Source of the DNA: the human T2T-CHM13v2.0 reference genome, Homo sapiens
Length of the DNA stretch: 64,000 nucleotides
Reading direction: 5' to 3'
Assembly: GCA_009914755.4 (NCBI GenBank)
Contig: CP068257.2
Location: forward strand, 15,040,001 to 15,104,000
The first letter of the stretch is position 1, and each line of letters begins with the position of its first letter. The notes under the pieces are model-generated. The model did no database searches. It was not told the DNA's origin and was given only the letters and a program-made list of their open reading frames with translations. Shown in pieces: positions 47,985 to 62,546 of this stretch. A program made the translations under genes and the position numbers.

Positions 47985-50900
47985 AAAGAAAATAAAAGAC
48001 ACAGACTGGCTAATTGGATAAAGAGTCAAGACCCATCAGTGTGTTGTATTCAGGAGACCTATCTCATGTGCAAAGACACACATAGGCTCAAAATAAAGGG
48101 ATGGAGGAATATTTACCAAGCAAATGGAAAAAAAGCAGGGGTTGCAATCCTAGTCTCTGATAAAACAGACTGTAAACCAACAAAGATAAAAAAAGACAAA
48201 GAATGGCATTACATAGTGGTAAAGGGATCAATGCAACAAGAAGAGCTAACTATTCTAAATATATATGCACCCCATACAAGAGCACCCAGATTCACAAAGC
48301 AAGTTCTTAGAGACCTACAAAGAGACTTAGACTCCCACACAGTAATAGTGGGAGAATTTAACACCCTGCTGTCAATATTAGACAGATTGATGAGACAGAA
48401 AATTAACAAGGATATTCAAGACTAGAACTCAGCTCTGGACCAAGCAGACTTAATAGATATCTACAGAACTCTCTACCCCAATTCAACAGAATATACATTC
48501 TTCTCAGCATCACATTGCACTTATTCTAAAATTGATCACATATATGTTAGTAAAACACTCCTAAGCAAATCCAAAAGAATGGAAATCATAAAAAAACAGT
48601 CCCTCAGACCACAGTGCAATCCAATTAGAACTCAGGATTAAGAAACTCACTCAAACCTGCACAACTACATGGAAACTGAACAACCTCCTCCTGAATGACT
48701 ACTGGGTAAATAATGAAATTAAGGTAGAAATAAATAAGTTCTTTGAAACCAACAAGAACAAAGACACAATGTACCAGAATCTCTGGAACACAGCTAATGC
48801 AGTGTTTAGAGGGAAATTTATAGCACTAAACACCCACAGGAGAAAGCTGGGAAGACCTAAAATTGACACCATAACATCACAATTAAAAACACTGGAGAAA
48901 CAAGAGCAAACAAATTCAGAGGCTATCAGAAGACAAGAAATAACTAAGATCAGAGCAGAACTGAAGGAGATAGAGACATGAAAAACCAAAGAATCCAGGA
49001 GTTGGTTTTTTGAAAAGACTAACAAAATATATAGACCACCAGCTAGATGAATAAAGAAGAAAAGAGAGAAGAATCAAATAGCCACAATAAAAAATGATGA
49101 AGGGGATATCACCACTGATCTCACAGAAATACAAACTACCATCAGACAATACTATAAACACAGAATACAAATAATCCAGAAAATCTAGAAGAAATGGATA
49201 AATTCCTGGTCACATACACCCTCCCAAGACTAAATCAGGAAGAAGTCAAATCCCTCAATAGACCAATAACAAGTTCTGAAATTGAGGCAATAATTAATAG
49301 CCTACCAACCAAAAAAAGCCCAGGACCAGACAGATTCACAGCCAAATTCTAACAGAAGTACAAAGAGGAGCTGGTACCATTCCTTCTGAAACTATTACAA
49401 ACAACAGAAAAAGAGGGACTCTTGCCTAACTCATTTTATGATACCAAAACCTGGCAGAGACACAACAAAAAATGAAAATTTAAGGCCAATATCCCTGATG
49501 AACATTGATGAGAAAATCCTCAATAAAATACTGGCAAACCAAATCCAGCAGCACATCAGAAAGCTTATCGACCACAATCAAGTCAATTTCATCCCTGGAA
49601 TGCAAGGCTGTTTAAACATATACAAATCAATAAATGTAATCCATCACATAAACAGAACCAATGACAAAAACTACATGATTACCTCAACAGAGGCAGAAAA
49701 GGCCTTTGATAAAATTCAACACCCTTCATGCTAAAAACTCTCAATATACTAAGTATTGATGGAATGTATCTCAAAATAGTAAGATCTATTTATGACAAAC
49801 CCACAGCCAATATTATACTGAATGTGCAAAAGCTGGAAGCATTCCCTTTGAAAACCAGCACAAGACAAGGATGCCATCTCTCATCACTCCTATTCAACAT
49901 AGTATTGGAAGTTCTGGCCAGGGCAATCAGGCAGGAGAAAGAAATAAAGGGTATTCAAATAGGAAGAGAGGAAGTCAAATTGTTTCTGTTTGCAGATGAT
50001 GTGATTGTATATTTAGAAAATGCCATCATCTCAGCTCAAAATCTCCTTAAGCTGATAAGCAACTTCAGCAAAGTCTCAGTGCACACATGATACAAAATCA
50101 ATGTGTGAAAATCACAAGCATTCCTATACACCAATAATAGACAGAGAGCCAAATCATGAGTGAACTCCCACTCACAATTGCTACAAAGAGAATTAAATAC
50201 CTAGGAATACGACTTAAAGGGATGTGAAGGGCCTCTTCAAGGAGAACTATAAACCACTGCTGAAGGAAATAAGAGAGGACACAAACAAATGGAAAAACAT
50301 TCCATGCTCATGGATAGGAAGAATAAATATTATAAAAATGGCCATACTGCCCAAAGTAATTTATATGTTCAATGCTATTCCCATCAAGCTACCATTGACT
50401 TTCTTCACAGAATTACTTTAAATTTCATATGGAACCAAAAAAAGAGCCTGTATAGCCAAGACAATTCTAAGCAAAAAGAACAAAGCTGGAGGCATCATGC
50501 TACTTGATTTCAAACTATACTACAAGGCTACAGCAATCAAAACAGCATGGTACTGGTACCAAAATAGATATATAGACCAATGGAACATAACAGAGGCCTC
50601 AGAAATAAAGCCACACATCTACAACCATCTGATCTTTGATAAACCTGACAAAAACAAGCAATGGGGAAAGGATTCCTTTTTTAATAAGTGGTATTGAGAA
50701 AACTAGCTAGCTATATGCAGAAAACTGAAACTTGACCACTTCCTCACACCTCATACAAAAGTTAATTCAAGATGAATTAAAGGTTTAAACATAAGACCTA
50801 AAGCCATAAAAACCCTAGAAGAAAACCTAGGCATATCATTCAGGACATAGGCATGAGCAAAGACTTCATGACTAAAACACCAAAAGCAATGGTAAGAAAA

Positions 50901-51915
50901 GCCATAATTGACTAATGGAATCTAATTGAACTAAAGAGCTTCTGAACAGCAAAAGAAACTATCATCAGAGTGAACAGGTAACCTAGAGAATGGGAGAAAT
51001 TTTTTGCAATTTATCCATCTGACAAAGGGCTAATATTCAGAATCTACACAGAACTTAAACAAATTTACAATTAAAAAAACCATCAAAAAGTGGACAAAGG
51101 ACATGAACAGTCACTTCTCAAAAGAAGACATCTATGCAGCCAACAAACATATGAAAAAAAGCTCATCATCACTGGTCATTAGAGAAATGCATATCAAAAC
51201 CACGGTGAGATACCATCTCATGTCAGTTAGAATGGTGATCATTCAAAAGTCAGGAAACCACGGATGCTGGAGAGGATGTGGCAAAATAGGAACAATTTTA
51301 CACCGTTGGTGGGAGTGTAAATTAGTTCAAACTTTGTGGAAGACAATGTGGCGTTTCCTCAAGGATCTACAACCAGAAATACCATTTGACCCAGCAATCC
51401 CATTACTGGGTATATACCCAAAGGATTATAAATCATTCTACTATAAAGACACACGCACATGTATGTTTATTGTAGCACTGTTCATAATAGCAAAGACTTG
51501 GAACCAACCCAAATGCCCATCAATGACTGGATAAAGAAAATGTGGCATATATACACCACAGAATATTATGCAGCCATAAAAAATGATGAGTTCATGTCCT
51601 TTGCAGGGACATGGATGAAGCTGGAAACCATTATTCTCAACAAACTAACACAGGAGTAGAAAGTCAAACACGCATGTTCTCACTCATAAGTGGGAGTTGA
51701 ACAATGAAAATACATGGACACAGGGAGGGGAACCTCACACACTGAGGCCTGTCGAAGGAGTGGGGGTAAAGGAGAGGGAGAGCATTAGGACAAATACCTA
51801 ATGTAGATGACGGGTTGATGGGTGCAGCAAACCACCATGGTATGTGTATACCTATGTAACAAACCTGCACATTCTGTGCACGTATCCCAGAAATTAAACT
51901 ATATATATAAAAAAA
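47985..51915 (+). mobile_element. Older L1PA, 5'-truncated near ORF2 codon ~25: whole ORF2 (disrupted by many stop codons) + 3' UTR + short poly-A (~3.9 kb)
   Basis: Starts …RHRLANWIKSQDPSVCCIQETYLMCKDTHRLKIKGWRNIYQANGKKAGVAILVSDKTDCKPTKIKKDKEWHYIVVKGSMQQEELTILNIYAP (ORF2 endonuclease domain). RT motifs follow: …[40 protein letters not shown]…, …[11 protein letters not shown]…. It ends …[48 protein letters not shown], then the 3' UTR ...cacgtatcccagaaattaaactatatatataaaaaaag. Confidence 0.9.
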
Positions 51916-52473
51916 GAATACATCAGAGCTTGTTATCAAGATAATGTAAAAGAAAGTATGGGCAAATGAAGAGTCTGCTACATACCTCAGTGTTACCTTA
52001 TTCAATGGCATCCTGACACTTTTCAACAAAGCCTTCGATGATAGGTTTTAATTGAGCATTCCAACTCCAGGAATAATGTTAGGGAATTTTAATACAAGTC
52101 ATCTACCCATAAGTGTTCAGCATGTTCACAGGATTTTTCTTGAATATTCCAATGTCTACAAGCACAGTAAGTAGCAAACTGGAAATGTGTGCTGATTTAC
52201 TTTGAGCAAAAAGAAAAGACAAAGTTTTCTCCATATAGCGATATCATGCTTCAAAAGAAAACACATTATTCTGATTCTTAAATCACTGCTATTTCTACCA
52301 GCACATCATGCTTTCCAGTATTACAACAATGATTTTCCTTACACGGTTATAAATATTAGAAATTTATCATATACTTTGCATTGTTGAATAAACAATGATA
52401 AAAACTCTTCACATTATTTCAGCTCTTCTCTTACAGTTTACAGATGTTTTTAAACAAATACAGAGTTGTAGAA

Positions 52474-52515
52474 ATAGATGATAGATAGATAGATAGACAG
52501 AAAGATAGATATATA
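52474..52515. repeat. (GATA)n tetranucleotide microsatellite
   Basis: atagatgatagatagatagatagacagaaagatagatatata. Confidence 0.9.
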
Positions 52516-54317
52516 ATTCTATATATAACTACTCCTACCCTTATTTATTTCTACTTTCATTCAGGAAAGAAAACTGAGAAAACTCAATAATCCATTTTGT
52601 AATGAGATGGTATTTTATACCAGGACAACTATATCAGTCACTCACTGGCTCTATTCTCTTTTGCATTCTGGTCTAGCCAGCATACCATTCCCAGACAAAT
52701 ATTTCCAAAACTCGGCTTTCATTGCTTAACCACCTGATGAAGAACCTGTAATGAACTCTTAATTCCTATCACATCCTGTGCACATACAATCAGCCTGAGT
52801 TCAGGTCTCTGTATACATATTACAGCCACAAGCATCTCACTATTCTAGAACGAACAGCACTCTTCCTAAAAGGATGACTCCTTCTTGGCCTTCTCCCTTT
52901 ACTTGTTATATTTATTTCCAGTTCTGTTATTTTGCTTTTACTGCCACCCCAAACCGGGGTGCTCTGTTTTTGATTTTGAGCTATTTAAATAAAACTATTA
53001 TTAATGACTCATCTTTTCCATGAAGACTTCTCTGAGTTTTCCTGGAAACAGGTGAGAGTAGCCATCTCTCTAGAGTGTAGCCTTCTCTTACAGTTGATCA
53101 TTTCATCATTGGCTAAGTTTCTCATGATGATCAGTTTTTTCTTTCCCAATTTATAATCACCTATTGGTAAGAACATGTCCAGCTAATGATTATGTGTTTT
53201 TTTGGGTGCCTGCTACTGGCTCTAGCAATTAGGAGGACCTCTATATGCATTTTGTTTTAATAAAGATCTGACTTATTTAAGAAAGAAATTAATAAGAATC
53301 TCTCTCTCTTTTTCACTTTTTCTGTCTCTTAATGAATTGCATACATTTTGGGGTCAGGCCGACAAAAGCTACTCATGTAGTTTCAGATTAGTTACTGACT
53401 AATTACTGAAACCCTTTAAGCTTGTTTCCCCTTATAGACAATAGAATAGAATCTACTCATGGTTTATCTAAGGAGTATTAATATAGTATATGTGAGGTCA
53501 TTAGCATTATTCCTGGCATATAGTAAGTACTTAATGGTATTTTTTCCAATTAAGGAGAGAGAATCAGTCTAGTGATTAAGAGAACAAAACCTAAGAAACA
53601 CACAAACCTGGCTTCAAATTCTAGCTCTATTATTTATTAATTTGCTAAGTTCTCTTAAACTTAGATTACTTATTTTTCTCATTTCCAAAATTGGTGATAC
53701 TTATTTTTCTCATTTCCAAAAGCTGAATAATATTTTCTGTAAAACTTTGGGAAGATTAAATAGGTAATAAAGATGTGATCCATATGTCAACAAACATGAT
53801 GTGTGTGCACTGTGATCACTAAAAAAAAATCTAATGGAATAGTGGGAGAGGATATAACCATCTCCTGTCCCTGGAGGGAAACTCAGGCAGCTTCCCTGGC
53901 TTTTCCTCTTATTATTAGTTAAAAAGGAAAGGAAACCTAACTATTATTTTACACTGAAAACACACACTTGATTCAGTCATCAGAATGTTCAGTTAAATTT
54001 AATAGTGAAAACCCTAAATCTGACTGAACATGCATGTCACCCCTCAACCAGATGGTATCTGTTTCAGGCTGGGACTTACAATGGTGCAAGGGCTCTGCTC
54101 TTTCTCTTTACCTGCTCACAGTGTCTCCCAGTCCTCATCTGCACTTCTGGAGTAAAGTCGGGGAGAGCATGAAGAGAAATTGCCTGCGTGGCTTCATGCC
54201 TTCTGGTTTTAGCACATAGCTAAAGCTGGCAGTTCTTGGTGGAAGAGCCTTGCAGATGATTACAGATGATCTCAGGATTGCTGCTACAGACTGTTTGTAC
54301 ATTACCAAAATTCTATG

Positions 54318-54652
54318 CAGAATCCTAATCCCCCATGTGTTTGTATTTGAGATGGGGCCTTTGGGAGGTAATTAGGTTAAGATGAGGTCATGAGGGTAGA
54401 GGTCCCATGATGGGATTAGGATCCTTATAAAGGGACGAAGAGCTCAGAGCTTTCTCTCCACCCTGTGAGGAGGTAGTGTGAAGACAATTATCTGCAAACC
54501 AGAGAACGAGCCCTCACCAAAAGCCTGAAGATGCTGGCACCCTGATCTTTAACTTACAGCCCCCAGAACTGTGAGAAATAATCCTTTGTTGTTTAAGCTC
54601 CCCAGTCTATGACAGCTTGTTATAGTAGCCTGAACTGACTAGGACAGTTGCT
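54318..54652 (+). repeat. MaLR LTR fragment (MST/MLT1 family), forward orientation
   Basis: gagatggggcctttgggaggtaattaggttaagatgaggtcatgagggtagaggtcccatgatgggattaggatccttataaagggacgaagagc ... caccctgatctttaacttacagcccccagaactgtgagaaataatcctttgttgtttaagctccccagtctatgacagcttgttatagtagcctgaactgactaggaca. This is the typical MaLR LTR 3' half. Confidence 0.6.
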
Positions 54653-57639
54653 TCAGGAAACTCTTTGAATGTTCTCTTTAGCCAATGTCTCTGGATCCCA
54701 GACAGATCCATCTCTATTCCAGGATCTCAAGATTCTTGCCTCAACTCCTACCCACAGGCTGAACATTTTTCCCCTGGGGTCTCCTTATGTCTTCAGCAGC
54801 CCCAAGATAGACCTTGGAAGACCTGAGATAATTCTATACCAATGCTCTCTTCCAGATGGCCCATAGCTGACTTATGCATTATCCCTCGTTCCATTAAACT
54901 AGATCACCTCCTTTTGATTTCCCTATTTTAGCCCTACTCTTAGCTCTAGACTTTCCAAGTATAAGTTAGATCTAAGCCATAGTCCATGATAGCTTTCTCA
55001 GTCATGACTATCAGTAATTTACACCCCCCTTAAGTTCTTATCTTTCATATAAAAGGGAGGAGGAATTGGGAGATACCTTCACACTTTTTTTCTCTCTAAA
55101 CCTTTTCTTAAACCCTTGATCTGACTGAAGATTCTAACATCCTGACATCTGTCCTGATATCGATCCTGTCCTACCTCAGTCAAAATTGAGGAGGAAGTTA
55201 TCCTTCTAATATCTTATTAGTATTTACAACACATAGAGAAAGGCTCAACATGAGGACTGGCTACATAATTTGCTGGGTCCAGTGCAGAATGAATATTCAG
55301 GTCCTCTTGCTCACAAATTACTAAGAATTCCAATGACAGTAGCCGAGCGTTAAGCTGCTCGTTGCAGCATGGAATCCTGATGGCCCAGGTTACATGCCCA
55401 TGGAGTAGGCTCTAGAAAACAGATGGTAGAAGTACTCATTGTTGTTAGTCCATCGTTGTTAGTCCCTTGGCCCACCTCCCACATGATACCACTTCTCTCC
55501 GATGTGCCTGAGTGACCTCAGCAGCACTGAGATTCTTACTAGTAATCCATTACCAAAGACTCCACTGTGGCTCATTTGTGCATGGTTCATAACTGATTTC
55601 ACGCTGAAACAAAAACCGGTCAATTTAGATCTGAGCAGATTTTCCCCAAATTAACTGGCCACTTCCCCGATAATGAAATAGGGCCTCATTAATATCCTTT
55701 GTAATTTTTTTTTCCAATTTCATTCAGTTGAAGAAAGCAAAAATATCTAGAAAAATGTGTAAAGACTACTACGTGTACCAGTAGCCTCTTTATTTTAGCT
55801 TTGAAAAAAAAAATACTCAAGTAATAAGACAAAAACAGAGTCTTATAGTCAGGAAGTTTGAGGATGAAAGTACAATGTGCAATTCATCAAATATCTAATG
55901 CGTGTCATTATTTCCATTAAGGTATTTTGTGTTGGGAGAAAATAAGACAGTTCTCGGAAAAGGGAGGTTTGTTTTTCTAATTCAATGGCACAGAATCTAA
56001 CATCCCTGAGCTAAGGTTCAGCAGGAGCTCATAGAGTCAGCGTTGAGATGCAGACACTGCAGATATCATCCATCTCTCTGACACACGCAGGGCCTCATTG
56101 TGTGGCTGCCAGACACAGTCCGCTGAGATGAGAATGTCACAGAATACAGAAAAGGAAGCAACGCTATTGGGCTCATTATTGCTCTTATCTATGAATAGCT
56201 CCATAAAAAGCAGCTCTGGAGAACATTGTTCTGAGATGAAGAAATGGAGGTTTGGTCCATGGCCATCACGATTAACATAGACAGTCAAGGAGTTAAGTGG
56301 ACAGTGCATGGGGAATGTGGGAACTCTACATGTTAGCCAGGGAGTGAGGGGACTATATCTTTTTCAGAGCAATATTTTTGGTGCAGGAGCTGACTCATCA
56401 GATTAGCAGCCTCTCAAGATTGATGATGTTTCTGCCTTGCCTATTCCTCTAATTCTAAACCAAAAGTGATAAAGAGTACCCAATACAGAAGACATCACTC
56501 AGTCATCACTGAGAAAAGCCATTAAAATGGCAGTGTGTGCATAGAGTTGGGCAGAGTACAGGTAGAGAAACACCCAGTTACAGTTCATGCCTGAGCCTTC
56601 CTCAGTGTTTAAAAAAGAAAACAGCAAAGAGAAGATTGTCACAAGTAATCTGGAACAGGCAGACCCTATAAGGACGAAGGGCTTTGTCTAGATAAACATA
56701 ACAAAACAGGGTAGCATACGGTCATTTATGTTCTATGACAAAGAAGAGGTTTGGGTCAGTTCCAAATGAGAAACTTTTGGGGTGAGGTCAAATGCACACC
56801 TTATTGTCTTTTACTGCCATATATGAGAATTACCTGGTTTAGTGTAACACTTTGGGATGCATAATTTGACCCATGACCTTGAAATCTGCATAAAATAGAT
56901 TATTCTTGAAAGGATCTCATGCCATAAAAGATCCACACCTCTCATCCACTGCCCCACCCCCACTGCCTTTTGTTTTAAACAGAACTTCTTTTAGGAAAGT
57001 AGACAATTAGTGCAAAATCTATCAGAAGGCGTCTCAACCTGTCCTGCAGTCTCCAGCCAGGAACTCCCTGGAAGGAGGCCATGTAACTCATTATTTGTTA
57101 GGCCATGGCCTATTTTTTCCAGGCTGTTGTATAAGGCAAATCCATTGCCTCATTTCTCATAGCCTCTCTACAAAAGAAAAAAGCAGACAGATCTTCCCAA
57201 ACTCAGACAGAATATTGTGCACAGCCAAGTGGGCTGAAAAAACATGCTGCCAAATTGGCTAGCATAGCTCCATGTATTGCTCTCTTTCCAGAGTTTCAGC
57301 AACAACAACAGAGATGCTGACCCCAAATAAATGCAAGAGAAGACTCATATGCTTCTATTTGGACAGAACCAGGACTCTAAAAAGCATGCAAGAGATATTT
57401 CCACCAAGCCTCGGTGCTCCTCAGAAGTATCACAGGGAAGTCTGGTAACTAACATTTAAAAAATAAATAAATCTGAGCCAGAAAAAGTTCGTGTAAGATA
57501 GATAAATACTAAAATGGGCCAAACCATCACCACATATGGGACAAGTCAATTACACACACAGATGGGTCCTAGGTCAAGTCCTGCTGTTAAAGCATTATCA
57601 ACATTCCCTACAAGCATGTTATAATCTTCGTAATCCTAA

Positions 57640-57810
57640 TAAATAATTAATAATAGCTATCATTTATTGAGTGTTTGCTAAGTTTCCGGCTCTGTGATAA
57701 GGACTTTACATGACCTAATTCTGACCACAACTCTGATATCATTCCAACTTACAGATGAGAATATGGAAGTTCAGAGGAGTTCAGACACTTGTTCCAGCTG
57801 ATCTCAGAAC
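57640..57810. repeat. MIR SINE fragment
   Basis: catttattgagtgtttgctaagtttccggctctgtgataaggactttacatgacctaattctgaccacaac...ttacagatgagaatatggaagttcagagg matches the MIR core ...tttattgagtgcttactatgtgccaggcactgttctaagtgctttacat...ttttacagatgaggaaactgaggcacagag. Confidence 0.55.
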
Positions 57811-58097
57811 AGGCTGATTCTAATGTCTTTTGCTACTACCTTGCTTCCAACATCATTCAGTTGCCTTTAAAATAAACAACTTCTGGCTTTTCACTCGCGT
57901 TGTTTTCACCAGCACTTACCACGTGTAGAGCAATGAACATCTATGACAAATAATATTGATATCACTTTTGCCCTTAGAGAATTAAAAAAAAAAATCTCTG
58001 AGATTATTGACAGTAAGGAAAGAATAGAAACAGAATGTCTACAGGTCAGATATTTCTCTCGTCCTAGTGGTACTCCTTTCCTATCCCAGCAGTTGAT

Positions 58098-58117
58098 TCT
58101 CTCTCTCTCTCTCTCTC
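58098..58117. repeat. (TC)n microsatellite
   Basis: tctctctctctctctctctc. Confidence 0.85.
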
Positions 58118-59189
58118 ACTCCCCTTTCTCTCTCTCATTTGTTTGATCACAGCAGTCCTTATGGCCATGCAACACAATGTGAAGGCCGACTCCCATCTGC
58201 CCTCTTTTCTCATAGACCAATAGAGAGGCATTCAGATTGTAAGGACCACATTCCCAGAAGCTGCAGGGCCTCTGGTGGTGGTCAGGAGATTGGAAACTCT
58301 ATGGCCTCAAAACACTTCATCAAGCCATTCAGCCAGTGGCATTTCACATAATGCTACATGATTAAAGACCATGAAGGTTAAACATTCTAACCAGACACAT
58401 ATGTCTAGCAAGGGTCTTTTGAAAACCCCCATTCTGAGGAACCATCTGGACATTCCAGGTGATCTCCATGCCTACTGATGGGAGTTTACTCCATCATACA
58501 TAATTGTTTGGGCAATCCAGCAGAGAGTGTATTTGATGGCCCCTTTTGTTTTAGCTTCTTTAAGAAGAGAGCCAAAGATTGACTTCACTTTCATCAAAAG
58601 AATATTAAGTTACACATAAAGAATGTCCTGGCTCTTAAAGGGTGTTAGAATTTAGAACTTGTTCCTGAGCAGTGTAAAGATTCAGATTCCAACTGAGACT
58701 CTGAAGACTGAGAAAGAGAACTCAGAGAGTGGATGCTGAAATTACAGAGGAGTAAGTTTTAGCTGCACTCATGGAAGAATTTTCCAACAGCAAGTACAAT
58801 GCATGATTTGAATAGATTCTCTGGCTTTCAGGAACCAAGATATTCATAAAATCAGAGAGCCAGATGAGATGTTAGTAGTTATCTCTCTAGCACACTCCTT
58901 TATCTGAAGAGGAAAAGGGTCCGAAGGCTGGCAACGTGAAGACTGGGCCCCAGACTCTCAGACTTCTGACACAGGATAGAGCATTTTCCTCAAAACGGGC
59001 TGGATATGTTAAAACAGTGACTTGATAAATAACCGTTTGGAAGGGTGCGGTTATGATTCAATGTTTAGATGGGAGAAAGGGGGTCAAGTGTTATTTTTAA
59101 TTCTAATAGCTTAAGATATTATGGCTAACTACTCAGGATAATTAGTATAAGCCTGCTAAGTGACAATATACTAGATAACCTGAAGATCC

Positions 59190-59440
59190 CTTCCTCATCC
59201 TGAATATATATGGAAAGAGGCATCATCTTTGATAAAGAAAAATCATTCAGGATACATTCGATAAAAAACATCATTTCACATGAGCAAACTTTTGGTAGTG
59301 ATGAATATGTTCAATATCTTGATTGTGCTGATGGTGTCAGAGAGAAATCCATAGGTCAAAACATCACATTATATGCTTTAAATACATACAGTGTTTAAAT
59401 GTCAGTTATCCCTCAATAGAGTAGTTAAAAATGTTTTAAA
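59190..59440 (+). mobile_element. Ancient L1M-type 3' end fragment
   Basis: ggtagtgatgaatatgttcaatatcttgattgtgctgatggtgtcagag...tcaaaacatcacattatatgctttaaatacatacagtgtttaaatgtcagttatccctcaatagag resembles L1M 3' ends (gtgatggatatgttcattatcttgattgtggtgatggtttcac...tcaaaacttatcaaattgtacactttaaatatgtgcagtttattgtatgtcaattatacctcaataaag). Confidence 0.5.
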
Positions 59441-62092
59441 AAATCACTTCCGTAGAATGCCACATATAAAACACAGTTTATATGCTTATATGTAGACGTG
59501 TGTGTTACTGCACAAAATTGTGAAATACAGAAGCAAAAAACAATGCCATCCAGATCATTTTATTAGATTATCTAAATAAACATTGTACTAATATCAGTAC
59601 TCTTTTCACCTCCCTTTTAGGAAGTAATTTTTTAACATATTTTTTGTCTTTTGCCCTGTGGTATAAGGTCTTCCAAAGGATATTTAATTTGATTGGAAAC
59701 TGACTGATTTATGAAACGCAAAATGGTCTTTTATAAAAAGTCTCTGGAACGTGAATGCTTTACAGCAGACCACAGCTCTCATTTATTTCATATTTGAAGT
59801 TTGGGACCTTCAGAATATATTTGACTCTGGAGATCCACACTATTTTGTGATGTACAATTTTGCTCAATCATAAAGACAAGGGTCACTTTGCAAAAAAGAG
59901 TCACTTAAGAGGATAAATGAGATTGTGTAATAAACACATTGCCATGATTCAGTTGAATTCATCCAAGAGTTTTTGAAATTCTATTCTTTGGCATTATCAG
60001 CTAATCAGTATTTCTCATTAAGCCTCTGAAGGACCACTTACAATTCAGTATTGCTTGATTTCATTTTATATGAACATTTATATGTCACATTGGCAGTCAT
60101 GAATTTGAGATTTCTTGAACAAATACAAACTTAGCCCTTGTGGAAATCCGAGGTCTGATATTAATTTTGTGATAATAAAAGAAGGAAGAATTTAGGATTA
60201 AAGAGCATAATCTTGTCAAGGTTTTTGGCACTTCATTCAAACATACATACCACATTTTTACTACCCTTTCCTTGAAAAGTTATGTGTATGACTCTGTATA
60301 CAGATTGTGAATGGATGACAAAATATTGCCAGTGATTCCAGTATTTACTAGAGTTAAACTCTCCCTGACATAGAATAATACTGAATAAACCTAACATGTG
60401 ATTTGTCAATTTCTACTTAAATTTCTTTCTCTTCATATGCTGTATCTACTTGATTTTGCCTACCTTTTTGTTTGCATAAACTGAATATAACACTCTCCAC
60501 AAATTAGTTATCATTGGATATTACATTCACTATATTTTTTAAAAATCTTGATTTTCCTAGCCCTGGTCAGATTTAACCATAATCGAAAGAGGATCTAACC
60601 TAACCCTGATAAGAAACACTGAATCAGACGGAGAGAGAAGGCCCAGAGTCATAGATTTGGATCCTGAAACACTGGATCTAAACTGTTTTGCACTCTACTC
60701 CTGATTTGGTTTTTTTGTTTGTTTGTTTCTTCGTTTGTTTTTTCCTAACCACTGTTGGTTGTCAATATCATCAACATCTCCATTTATAGTGTCCTTTGTC
60801 CTGCCAGTTCGGCCAAGGAGCCCATTCTCTTGATTCTTAGTTCCCTTCCCTGCCTCCATTTTACTACACAATGTCCAGAGAGGTGCGGGTTACCTCAAGT
60901 TTAAAACAAATAAAAGTCAGATCATACCCTCCTATGTCTTCCCTACTGAGAAGTAGGACCTAGACCAAGACTATTTGATATTTTAGGGTCCATTCAAAAC
61001 ACAGTCTAAAGCTCCAGGATTTCTGTAGCCACCGAAGAGGTTTACTCTGTGACAAATATAGAAGCTACGGCAGTTAATTCTACGGTTTTATGATTTTAAG
61101 GAGAAAATAGTCATCATTATTTAATTTCTATAAGGACATAATTTGTGTTAGCAACGTGTTTTAATGCATTTGATTGTGCTTGTTTCTTCTGTTATTGCTT
61201 TCTTCCTTTTGTTATGTATTAGCTTGAGGAGAGTAAGGATTAAATGATTTAGAGAGTTTCTTGTCATATGTTTAATATCAGATGGCATTATACCTGACTA
61301 GAGCTATACCCTGGTTGTTAGTTAACTAGTGATCCAAAGGATGTTGACAACAGACTTTTTCCCAATTGGCTTTTTGCTTTTAAAGTAAAAGAACAATTTA
61401 AAATAAAACAAATTAACTTTGTTCCAGTTTTTGATATTTCAAATAATAATTATATAGACGAGGACTCAGAATGGTTAATTTAATTGAAATGTCTAAGCCC
61501 AAGGCTACTAGACCTTAAAAAAGTGGATAGCTTATGCAGATACACAGATAATGGTTTAATAATATGCATTATCTCCTTCGAAGTTGGTACACTTGCATAA
61601 ACAATGGCTCAAAAGCTATCAGCCAAACCGAAAGTGTACTGGTGTAGAAAGTGCTGAATGCTTCCATTATGCATTATTTTAGCCGAGGTAATGAATATTG
61701 TATGATCCTTTAATGTTGAGGTAGTTTGTACTATTTTGGTGTCTGTTATTCTTAGAGGAACCTTAAGTAATGTAATGGAGCTAAGCTTAAATGCTATTTT
61801 GCTGTTTAGGTCATTATTGTTCCTTTTTTGTCTGCACTTTGGATTATATAAAATCCTGAAAAGGCAAGAAGACACTTTAAAGATGCGACAGAATCAATGC
61901 TAATTTTAAAGTAAATCTTTCCCAGGAGAAACACAAAGCATTTTCACTTATGATTTCTAAATAGAGTATAGGTGCCTGAAAAATGGCCAAATATTTAATT
62001 CCTGGAAAAGACATCATAAATAAACATCATTATAATCATGAATTAGATGAGGGAATTTAGGGGATTATAAGATTAGGTGACTGCCTAGAACT

Positions 62093-62546
62093 AAATATAT
62101 GTATATGTGTGTATATATTTATATGTATATGTGTATATATATGTATATGTGTATATATATACACCCATATATACATATACACTGTATATGTATATATATA
62201 CATATACATATGTATGTGTATATATGTATATATATACATATACAGTATATGTATACATATACAGTATATATGTGTATATATACATATACAGTGTATATAT
62301 GTATATATATACATATACACTGTATATATGTATATATATACATATACAGTGTATATGTATATATATACATATATACAGTATATATGTATATATATACATA
62401 TATACAGTGTATATGTATATATACACATATATACTGTATATGTATATATACACATATATACACATACATATATACATATATACGTATATATATACATATA
62501 TACGTATATATGTATATACGTATATATGTATATATATATATGAAAT
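62093..62546. repeat. Complex TA/CA-rich minisatellite (~27-29-bp unit, roughly 12-15 copies, degenerate at the edges)
   Basis: Repeating units such as acatatacagtgtatatatgtatatatat / acatatacactgtatatatgtatatatat / acatatatacagtatatatgtatatatat. Six overlapping Y/I/C-rich 'ORFs' on both strands are translation artefacts of this repeat. Confidence 0.9.

Noticed and set aside
48039-51659. String of 60-143-aa ORFs on the plus strand
   Set aside because: All are consecutive fragments of one degenerate L1 ORF2 (endonuclease, RT and C-terminal domains) broken by stops and frameshifts, so they are annotated as a single L1.
62093-62546. Regular ~28-bp periodic repeats that could superficially look like a CRISPR array
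   Set aside because: There are no constant repeat / unique spacer alternations and no cas context, and the surrounding sequence is primate (Alu, L1, MaLR). It is a eukaryotic AT-rich minisatellite.
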